Shown here: piece after piece, positions 12,101-24,000 of the stretch
Layout of the letters: each line of letters opens with the position of its first letter
How positions within the stretch are numbered: position 1 is the first letter of the stretch
Source: Octopus bimaculoides
Lineage: Eukaryota
Direction: 5' to 3'
DNA length: 64,000 bases
Assembly: GCF_001194135.2 (NCBI RefSeq)
Contig: NC_068999.1
Span: forward strand, 3,087,098-3,151,097
Program-made: the position numbers and the translations under genes
Notes under the pieces: generated by a model
Databases searched by the model: none
The model's input: only the letters and a program-made list of their open reading frames with translations
What the model was told of the DNA's origin: nothing

Positions 12101-15100
12101 CATACACCCACCCACTTCACTCTCCCTCCTACTCACACCCTTTCCATTTGGCTACCTCCTCCCTACTTAATGGCTATATTTCCGGTATGATCTCATATCC
12201 TTTAGAAACACACATGCTCTCCAAAGCTCAAAGATCAGTTCTAAAACGTTCATACTCTTCTCCTCTTGACACCACAACAATTGTTGGAAATCGGATGAAA
12301 TAACAACTGGTCACTCAAACCCTTTCACCCACCACTTCATAGCCTGNNNNNNNNNNNNNNNNNNNNNNNNNNNNNNCTAATCGACTGGGCCTGCCCCCTG
12401 CCCTCCCTCAAAATTCCGGGCCTTGTGCCCAAAGTAGAAAGGATTATTCCATGCATCTCAAGGCAGAAATGCTCAGCGGTGTTTCGTCTGTCTTTACATT
12501 CTGAGTTTAAATTCCACCAAGGTCAACTTTGTCTTTCATCCTTTTGGGGGTCGATAAATTAAGTACCAGTTGCATACTGAGGTCAATCTAATCGACTGGG
12601 CCTGCCCCCTGCCCTCCCTCAAAATTCCGGGCCTTGTGCCCAAAGTAGAAAGGATTATTCCATGCATCTCATTAACCTCAATTATCACACAGTCATATAT
12701 CTCGGTTACACCATTCTAATGTGTCACCATCACACCTGCTCGCACTTGCAGGTTCTTTCCTATTCAACATCCTGAACCCCACCACTCTCACCCACTTTCT
12801 TTCCTATCTTTTTTTTTTCTGCTGCTGACATTGGTCAGTAACCAGATCATTCTCACCAGCCTGGGAGGGTTTGTGAGATGAATTATTTCTTCTCTCCTGA
12901 TTAGCTTATAAAAGAATACCCTTTGTACATGTAACTATGAAGGCCTTCTCCACCGTTCAGTAGGTCACCTCCAATACTCTACATGTAACTAGAAGGCCCT
13001 CCAGTGTTAATCCCTCTCCTATTGTAGAAGGTTCAGTATAACATCAGTTAAATATTTTGCTATTTTGGGTTTCAGGAATCAACACCATGAGTTACTGATG
13101 GGTTTAAAGTCTACAGTGGAAGGTTTACTGGCAACCCCAACCAGTAATGTTTGGAGTACATATGGTGGTTTATCCAGAGTCTGTTACCATGTGGAGAAAA
13201 TACTCAAGTTTCATCTTCTTGTAAGTATTATTTTAATATATTGTCAGTAGCATACCGCTCTTGTTTATCGTTGTGGCTTTCTGGCCTTAGATCCCTTACC
13301 TGATCCGAATTAATAATGGAAGGATCAAGGAAATCCATGACTCACAATTCCAGGTGGTCATTAGAACAATAAAGTTGCCTTTTCTTATCTAAAAAAATGA
13401 TACATTTAATGTCAATCACAATGGTATTAAGAACCTCTTTTTTTTAATGTATGAAACTTTGATATCAACCAATCATGACAGCACCTCCATCGTTTGTAAA
13501 GAGAATATTGTGTGAAGGCACATGGCTCAGTGGTTAGAGCGTTGGGCTCACAATCATGAGGTAATGAGTTCAATTCTCAACTGGGTTGTGTGTTGTGTTC
13601 TTGGGCAAGGTATTTTATTTCACTTTGTTCCATTTCACACAGCTGTAGAATTGAGTTGCAATGTCACTGGGGCCAAGCTGCATCGGCCCCTTTGCCTTTC
13701 CCTTAGATAACAACATTCGAGCGTGGTCGTTGCCAGTGCTGCCGGACTGGCCCTTGAGCCGGTGGCATGTAAAAGCACTCACTACACTCTCAGAGTGGTT
13801 GGCATTAGGAAGGGCATCCAGCTGTAGAAACCTTGCTAGATCAGATTGGAGCCTGGTGCAGCCTTCTAGCTTTTTACATCATTTGCCGTTTTATCGATCC
13901 TACTTTTGATGGACATTTTTATTCCTCTCAATTAACAAACCCCCACCCACCATGGCTATCACCAATGACCTACTCACAGCATATTATGGTTTCGTATTTT
14001 TGGCAACCAATGCTGATGTATTGTATAATAGCATTAGACCATTGAAAGCAGATTGGTTCATGTTGGCAAACATCAACACAAATGGGTTTCTTTTCCCAAA
14101 CTCTTTTATTTGTGGTTCATGAAATATTCAAATGGCTTTTTTTTTTTTTTCTTTTGGTTACTATTGAAGTTTGGTTAAAGAGTCACACAGTCTAGTATTC
14201 ATGGTGATATTTTATAATATCCACCAATATCCACTTCAATGATATTCGTCAGAAGATAAGGATCAGTTAAATTGAAGGAATTCTGATGACAAACTTCTTG
14301 AAACTTTGTGGGAAATATTTCAGTAGTCACCAATTGTACATTTATACAGATGCCTTGTATCACACTTGTGTATGTTACAACTTAAATTCAAGCAGACACG
14401 TCTAAGGAATGAAAAAAAAAAATGTACCATTGTGTACACAGTAGTAAACCACTTGTTTCTCATACCAGTAACATAACCCATTCTCATTAGTTGACCCTGC
14501 TGTGACAAGGACGACTACGACCTTCTGCTGTATTGCCCTAACTTGTGATGAATTTTAGTGAATCAGTCTAACATTGGTAACATCTTATTTGTGTCAAATT
14601 GTGCAACCACCAATTGCTCCAGCAAAGCTTGATACCCTTTCAGCTCAATGCAAAAACAAGAATGTGTGTGTGTGTGGAGGGGGGGAGACTGGCGAATGTT
14701 CATTGCAGCCAATCAAATGCCCACTGGCCATTGCTTGCACTCAGATCAGTGACCACTGGTCTATAGTGGACTGTCTATGCTGTGGCTGATTGCTTCCCAG
14801 GCGTAATGAGGCTGTCACTGTCTTTAATGTGCTCTGGAGTCATGTCTTTCGACCAATGTTACTGACGCTTCCATTCATACCACTCGTGGACAAACTGTGG
14901 TCTGTGGAACTTTCTAAATGACATTTCTAATGAAAATTACTTCAAGTTTTTTTTTTGTTTTTTTTTGGAAAGGTGACCTTCTTGGTGTTGAGCCATGTTT
15001 TATGATCCACTTTTTGTGTGTCGCTTCTCATAAAAGTTATTTGACCAATGCTAGATATAGGAACCAAACCAACCTCAAATCACAACATGCCAGTTTTTAA

Positions 15101-16968
15101 AAAAAGAACACAATTTAATCAGTGGTAAATTATACCTAAAACTAAACAAGAGAGTCATGGTTGGACTGATCATAAACCTGCTCATCGAGTGATTTACCAC
15201 ACTTGCTTTGCTTCCTAAGTCTATGGTGGATTGTAGTGGATAATATTTTTAGAGACCCAACATGGCCTGCTTATTCTTCCTGAACTGTTGTTTTTCCTCC
15301 TCTCTCTCACAACAGAGTGACTTAGCAGTTTTAAAGCCAAGCACCCATCTTTGTTGTTCTGTTGTTATTAGTGTTGTTGTTATTGTCACTGTCGTCATGG
15401 CTGTTGCTATCTGTCAATTAGTGTTTTACACAGATAATGCTGTCTAAATTAACCTTTATACTTTAATTAAATCTAATAATAATGTGATTCTTGTTATTTC
15501 GCTGAAATATCTTCTCGTTAGTAGACACTAAGTGTAATGTTTTATTACATACCTCATTATCACCACCTGTAATAGACATACTACTACTTCTACAATGACT
15601 ACTACCGTAACATGACTATAGTATTACCTCTGTTAGTCTACTATACTACTGTATAGTATTACTATTATGATAGAGACTGCATTCATGAAATAAATACAAG
15701 AATCAGCAAAGCCAGGCAATCGTTCGATATGTTAAACTCAATATGGAGATTGTCAATACTCAGCAAGAGTACCAAAATACGATTTTACCAAAGCAACATA
15801 CTTAAGATCTGCCTCTATGGATCCGAATGTCGGAAAAGAACCAAAAGTATTGAAAAGAAATTGGAGGTGTTTCAAAATGTTTAGGAAAAATTTTGAATGT
15901 CTCCTGGCTGAGTATTGTCTCGACCAGCCAATAAGAGAAACTATTGAAGCAAGGAAATGGAAATGGCTGGGTTGAGTTTGGTGCTATAAACCAAACTCAG
16001 TTGTCAGGATCGCTTTGCAATGGGTTTTCCCAAGGTAACGGAAGACGTGGCCGACGAAAGGAAATGTGGCGGAGAACAATAACAAAAGATCTTAAAAGCA
16101 GAGGGTTAACAATGGAAGAAGTTGTCAAGGATGCTTTCAGTGTTTGTAGGTGGGATGGTCTTGCTGTCACCTCAAGTACCACAAGGCACAATGAGAACTG
16201 AATGAATGAATTTATAGTAGGATGTAGTATATTTACCATATATAGTACTGCTGCCATACTACCACATTATGTTAACCTTTTAGCATTTGAACTGGCCATA
16301 TCAGGCCCAAATATTCTCTCCGTTTTATGTGCAAACTGACCAAATCAGGCCTCTCACACCTACCTTACAATGCCATTCTAAAAGAAATGATAACATAACT
16401 GAAATCTCAAAGCTATGGGATGATGCCTGATTAGTTTGAGAGATTGTGAATAAACAAGCATCCTATTTGAGACAATAATCTGGATGCTAAGGGGCCAATG
16501 CTATAATCTGAATGCTAAAGGGTCACACACCTGTAGTTGGAGAAAAGGAAAAGATGCCCCTGCCCCAAAAGTCAGAGTATCCATGGTTTTTATGGGGGTT
16601 TTTCCATGAGTAGCCCTCAACCGTCTCCTCCCTATTGAAGATAACTCTTTGTTGAACTTTTTTTTCATGATGTTAGTCTTGTTTACATTCTCCTCACAAC
16701 ACACACATTCTTTGTTTTTTCCTGTACTCTCCATAATGCTTTTCTTAATGTAAACCCTTGTGGTTGATGAAATAATTATTATTAATCGTTAGCACACCAG
16801 ACGAAATGCTTAGCGGTATTTTGCCTGTAATTATGTTCTGAGTTCAAATTCCGCCAAGATTGACTTTGGGTTGATAAATTAAGTACCACTCAAGTACTGG
16901 GATCGATGTGATTGACTAGCTCCCCTCCCCTCAAAAGCATTCCAGGCTTTGTGCCTATAGTAGAAAGG

Positions 16969-17010
<42 letters not shown>

Positions 17011-20000
17011 TTGACCCTTTTGTCAAAATTTGAAACCCTTATTATTATTGTTATTTCTCCCCAGGATGAATTAGAAGATGCTGACTTCTGGCCATTTATA
17101 AAACAGGTGAAATGGCTTGACCCTGTCTTAGGTCCATTCATTGAAGGCATCCAGCGTATGTCCCCTAATCCTGAAGGTCTTTCTAAGGGCCACATATGGT
17201 TATGTCAGAGTCTACACCAACACATTACCTCCAGCCAACTGAAGACATTGCTAAGCAACTCGGAAAACCTATCACAGTTTTATTATTGTAAGTATTTCAT
17301 AACGACTTTTTTTCTATTTTTATTTATTTATTTTTTTTATTTTGCAATAACTGTTTGTGAAATATTTTTTTGTTGTACAACTATGACAATAAGTACTTCA
17401 CAAACTACTTAAGTACTTAGTGATGTGAAACAATTATGGTATTTATTTACTAGGAAATCCTTTAAAAGAAATTTGATATTTTATTATTATGACATAAAGA
17501 GTATTTCACAATAAATATTCTTGTTTTTCATAATAACAGTAAAGGGATTTTCCAAAAGTTATTTTGGTGCTTTACCAAGAAATAATTCTGATGATAATTA
17601 TTTAATTGTTTTATTTTGTTAACAATCGCTTTTGTCCTCGTCATTATAATTATCTTTGTTTTCACCATTATCATCAAAGTTGTCGTTGTCGTCATCAGTG
17701 TCATCATCAAACATTGCTGTCATCATCGACATATTAGTCGTTTCCCATTCGTCTTACTGGGTTTAATTTTCTGTTAAATTCTAAACCTGTTATTACTCTC
17801 TATAAATTCCAAAGCCTGCAGATGTCCATGTCTACCTTAGCACTAATTCAGTTTGTCAACAAGGAGTTCCTTTACCACCAAAAGAAAATAAGTCTTAATG
17901 ATCTTTTTCAGCTCATTGTATATAGGTGATTTAACCACAGGTCATCTTGGATCAGGCAGTCTTATGTTTCAAAGAGATTCCAACCATGACCATCCTGTCT
18001 TTGACATCTATCTAGAACTACATTATCCAGTGTGTCCTTCCTATTTTAAGGTGGTAGAATGAGATTTGAGAAACATTTGGTTGTTATTTCTAACATGTTG
18101 CATCTTTTATCTGTTGTCTTTTACGTGTTTCAGTCGTTATTGTGACCATGCTGGAGCACTGCCTTCGAGAATTTTTGTCAAATGAATCAATCCCAGTAAT
18201 TATTTAATTTTTTTAAACCTGGTACTTATTGTATTGGTTTCTTTTGCCAAACTGCTAAGTTATGGGATGTAAATGTACCAACACCAGTTATCAAGTGGTG
18301 GCCGAGGACAAACAATGATGCTATAGTAGAAAACACTTGCCCAAAGTGCCACGTAGTGAGACTGAACCCAGGACCATGTGGTTGGGAAGCAAGCTTCTTA
18401 CCACACAGCCACACCTGTGGGTGACCATATTGAGGCTTCTTTGTTGGATTGTCAAAGCTGTGGATAGGTCCCATGGTCAGGTAAAATCCATCGTTACTCT
18501 ATAATCCTCAATTAATAGTTTGTAATATCTATTTTTAGCAATAAACCATTACCATAAATGGTTAATAAAATATTTATAGACACAGGAGTGGCTGTGTGGT
18601 AAGTAGCTTGCTTACCAACCACATGGTTTCGGGTTCAGTCCCACTGCGTGGCACCTTGGGCAAGTGTCTTCCACTATAGCCTCGGGCTGACCAAAGCCTT
18701 GTGAGTGGATTTGGTAGATGGAAACTGAAAGAAGCCCGTCGTATATATGTATGTATGAATATGTTTGTGTCTGTGTTTGTCCCCCCACTGTCGCTTGACA
18801 ACCGATGCTGGTGTGTTTACGTCCCCGTAACTTAGCGGTTCAGCAAAAACAGACCGATAGAATAAGTACTAGGCTTACAAAGAATAAGTCCTGGGGTCGA
18901 TTTTCTCGACTAAAGGTGGTGCTCCAGCATGGCCGCAGTCAAATGACTGAAACAAATAAAAGAATAAAAGAGAATGGCTTAATTACACCTAACTGATTCT
19001 AAACTTTATATTTTATATCAGCTCATGAGCTGATCCGCAGAGAAGGGATTTCCATTTAGGCAGGAAGAGGGTCTGCGGACTCAGATGGCTGATCATACTC
19101 GCTCTCAATGTGTGTGGCTGATTGAAGTGAAATAAACAATAGACTGGACACACTCTTGTTCTGGATTGTTTTTATGTATAGATTAACTAAGCTAAAATAC
19201 CATAAGTTTGTAGTACATGTGTGTAACTTTTTAATGTGTTGCATGAATATTATTTCACCTGTCCCCCCTCCCCTCAAAGTAGAATGAGTTCAATAACATT
19301 ATCAATAAATCGTATTCTCGATCATGTCCATCTGTTGTCTTCTCTGACGTCCACAATCACCACATCTGATCTCTTCACTTCTTGTCATGCCTTCAGGTTT
19401 TATCTCCNNNNNNNNNNNNNNNNNNNNNNNNNNNNNNNNNNNNNNNNNNNNNNNNNNNNNNNNNNNNNNNNNNNNNNNNNNNNNNNNNNNNNNNNNNNNN
19501 NGCTTAACATTGTTCAGTCATTTTACATATTAAACAATAATTTCCTCTCAGACCAAGGAGACAGATGCCTTCAGTTTTCTGTCTACCAAATCCACTCACA
19601 AGTCTTTGGTTTGCCCAAGGTGCCATGCAGTGGGACTGAACCCAGAACCATGTGGTTGGTAAGCAAACTACTTACCACACAGCCACTCCTGTGTCTATTA
19701 TGAGTATAAAGTATCTCATGTCAAACCAATAAAGACCCCCTTCTTCCTGCAACGAGCTTCTTCAAATTCTTGCATTTAACTCTTCAAAAAATAGTCACGA
19801 CCAAATAATTTGATTTCTCTAATTTGCGATCAAATTCTAAGAAGAATTTGTCGATTTTTGGGAAGTTTACCTGTTATTAGAGTCGGTTCCTACTTGAGGG
19901 TGGGTCTGGGTTAGTTAACAGTGGATTACAATGTCACAAGTTCAAACCTTGTCTTTACCATCAGCCAGACCTGTTCCTAGGCCTGAGCTGACCATAAATA

Positions 20001-20550
20001 TCGTCCTTCATGTTTCCTGGTCAACAGTTAGATGCCAGGCTGGATTGGGTCACTGGAAGCAAACGTATGGCCACAGATGAACTCTGTGTGTGTGGGTGAC
20101 TTTGTGACGAGTGCATATGTGTGTGTGCGTGTGCAGCTAACATTTGTGCATGAATATAAGTGCGCATATATAGATTTGTGTGTGTATGTGCTGCTGGTAT
20201 TTATATATATATCAGTGTAGACATGTGCTGCGTACATATTTGTATACATGTATTGATATGTATGTACACGACTGAGAACATGCGTGCACATATCTTAGTA
20301 TATGTGTGTGCATGAATGTATGGTCTCTATTTCTATATGTATCTGTATGTATCTATGTATGTGTGTGTGTGTATATATCTATACTATATATAAAACAGAG
20401 GTGTGTGTGTAATCGCTTTTCACGTGAAAACGGCTTCACTATTTACTTCCATACTTGTATATATATATATATATATATATATAGTGTGTATATTTCTGTG
20501 TACCTTTCTATGCTTGTAGGTATGTGTGTATATTTATATCTACCTATGCA

Positions 20551-20585
<35 letters not shown>

Positions 20586-20970
20586 TAACATTTTAATCAA
20601 TATCCACAAGGTGGCTGCTGTTTGACTGTATGAACAAATGTTAGAGAAAGACGGTGGAATATTACCTGAATTGAGGTGGTGGCAGTGGTGGTGACGGTGT
20701 TGGTGGTGGTGATTGTTGCGTCATATCGGTAGCAGTGGTGGTAATAGTAGCAGTGACTGGTGATACTGTTGGCTGTTATGATCATGATGGTGTTAATGAT
20801 GGTGGTGGTGGTGGTGGTATTGGTGATAATCTGATCATTAGACAGGCACAGATAAATAAATAAATAAATAGTCTCTACCCCATTCAATGTTGGCAGTTTT
20901 TCAGCCGTGTTCCTGGTTTCTCTCTGGTGTTGGTCACCTTTTAGTTGTCGAAATGGTATGGTTTCATGCT

Positions 20971-21046
<76 letters not shown>

Positions 21047-24000
21047 CAACGCTCATACAAAATATTCTTCCTTTTTCTTCTGCTCTTCCTGCTTACTTTT
21101 TTTTTTTTTTTTTCGTCTTTTTCTGCTTTTTCCACACATAAAACTGTTGTTTTATGCCTATTTACAACCTGCTACTTTTCATTGAACTAGCTTCAAGTCT
21201 ACTCACCAACCACTGTGTTCTGTGTGTGAGTGAGATGATCTATTTATAATCTTCACTGTTTATAAACTTGGGTTATCTGTCATTTAAATGTACAAAGCTT
21301 TAGTGTCCAGTTACCTCTTCCTTTTCATTAACCGTTGTCTGCACATGGCCAGACAGTGTAGTTTTAATTGATGTTGATACTTTCTGAGCTGGAGAAGGGG
21401 CCAGTTCTTGTGACCTTAGTAGAACTTCTGTGACCTGTGACCTTGATAGTGTTAATATTTTATTTCACCCTTTTAGCATTCAAATTCCTCTGTCAAATGT
21501 AATGTTTATTCATTCACAATGTTTTGAATTAATCATGCATTATCTCATAGCTTTGATGATTTCGATGATGTGATTATTTAATTTTAGAATGACATTGTAG
21601 GGTAGGTGCGAGAGGCCAGATCTGGCCAATTGTTTAACCCTTTCAATACCAACCTTTCTCTAACTCTGTCCTTAGTCCTGATACAAATGTTATGTTTTCA
21701 AGTGATCTAAATTAAAATCTTCCATCAGAATTTCATATTAACCCTTTCATTACTGTATTTATTTTGACATGTTCTGTGTTTCTTTCCATTAATTTTAGAT
21801 ATAACAAAGAATTTAGTAAAATAACTTAAGTTATCATTAAGCTAGTGCTAGGAACATAAATTGTGACTAAGATTTGGTGGAAGATTTTAATTCAAAACCT
21901 ATGAAAGCAAGACATTTGTACTACAGAGCCAGTTTCAGCCAGGTTGGTAACGAAAGGGTTAGTCTCTGTTCCAGACACCAGCTGAATAATGACCGTTATT
22001 TTAATAAAGTCTTCATTATTTTTGAGATTAATTGAAACCAAGTCAATGTATTCCAGCAGAAATATGGTAAAAGAGGAGTTAAATATAGAGTAAATGTCTC
22101 ATTTAAACACTACAGTGTAGCTCACAGCATGGCCATGATTTGAACTTGCAACCACAGATTTGATTTGTAGCTTGAGAGCTTGAGAGCAGTGGGGTAGGCG
22201 GGTAGGAGTTACACAACACCCATGTCCATGGGTTTTTTTAAGGTTCTTATATTGTTAAGGAATCATATATTGTTAGCACGTGTGTGTGTGTGGCTTAGAG
22301 GAGTTAGTACATTGTGAAATTAGGAGAGGTGGGCATCTATTTGGCAGCAACTGTACAAGAACGGCAACCATTGTAGTAGCAGTCGGCTCTGTAGAGGAGG
22401 GACACAGTTCAAGATGTGATCCTATCATGAGGCTCTCTCTTATGTTATTTAATAATACAGGTTTTAAAATTGGTTTTCTGATACTTAATTTTCTTTTGAC
22501 TTGGTTTAAAAATTACATTTTTTAATTTTTTAGTGTTTATTTAATTTCCTTTTCTTAGCATTCATAAAGCCACTTATGCAACTGGCACACACACACACAT
22601 TGACAATGCATTGACATACACACACACTGACCTAAGCAATGTCCATATAATAGCTAAATTATGTGGTTGAGTAACAATGTGGCAGCTGTTTGTGTTGACG
22701 TTCTTATACATCCAATAACGTCTACAACAACAACTTATATTGAATATATATCAATCCACTGTTCTGAGACAAAAAAAAAAAAACTGTCAGCTTTTATTGT
22801 GACCAGCAATAATGTCAGCTGAGAGACAATACTAGTAATTATAGTGGTACGGAGCATCTATTGAAGTTTGTAGTGCGAGTATTCGAAGAGGTCAGTAAAC
22901 ATGACCATAGATAGATCAGCCTCAATTAAGCTGAGAGAGACTTTAATTAATTAAATTTATACCTGTACTGTAGCTTAATGATAACTAAGTTATTTTACTA
23001 AATTCTTTGTTATATTTAAAATTAATTGAAAGAAACACATAACCTCTCAAAATAAATACAGTAACGAAAGGGTTAACCCCAGATCAATTCTGATCAAGCA
23101 GACACATGTTCAAAGATATTCCAACAATCATGACCTTGTCTTTAATTTTTTTTTTTTTTTAGACTTTGTATATCTATGACAATATTATCCAATGTGTCCT
23201 TCATTTTCTTAAGACAAATAATATAATTGAAAGGAGATTTGGTTCATATTTCTAGCAAATTAGTCATATATTGCATCTTTTGTAGCTCATTATTGGAGCA
23301 TATTGAATGAGGAGAAAACCTTGTCCACAATTGTATAGTCAACATTACAGTGATGATGATGATGACATTTTGACTATCCATATCATAAATCTTGTCATTA
23401 AATCATGGTTCCATTGATTGTTGTTTGATGTAATGTGTTGGTCTCATTTCAGCTGATGCCTTTCTTTGTAACCCAAAATACGTCCAAGCTCTTCTGATCT
23501 GTCTGAATGCCATCGAACATAACAAGGTGACACTACTGGCAGACATTGATCCTGCTCTTGTAAGTCATTTTCATTCTTCCTTAGGGGCCTTTTTTTCCTT
23601 CCATTCACCCACTTTAAACAACAGATTTGTCAACTGCAAACACTAAAATCTTTAAGGAAAATTTCAGAATTATTTAAAATAATTAAAAATATTTTTAATG
23701 TAAATGTTATGAAGAAACAACAAAAATATCAAAGGTTGGTGTGTTTTGGTGACTTTATTCAATGTGTAGGGGCCAGGGGTTGGTGTGTGTTGGGGACTTT
23801 ATCCAGTGTGTAGGGACCAGAGGTTGAAGTGTTGCTCATTGACTGCTCCCATTCTTATCCCCAATCCTATGTCAATATATAAATTTTATAATCAGTTAGG
23901 TGTAATTAAACCATTAAACATTTTATCAACCATCTATGGTAATAGTTTATTGCTAAAAATAGGTATTAAAATCTATTAATATGATTAGTGGGTGAATGAG

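Noticed and set aside
12150-12800. Possible Penelope-like N-terminal remnant ([11 protein letters not shown]; RTCRFF)
   Set aside because: Only two short, weak motif resemblances, interrupted by a gap and a SINE; not enough to call.
13520-13595. tRNA-like sequence with A and B boxes
   Set aside because: No convincing acceptor stem; it runs straight into a SINE body that recurs elsewhere in the window. It is a SINE head, not a tRNA gene.
16912-17064. N-terminal poly-Ile extension of the 166-aa ORF
   Set aside because: It is a translation of a SINE tail and (ATT)n. The real exon starts at 17065.
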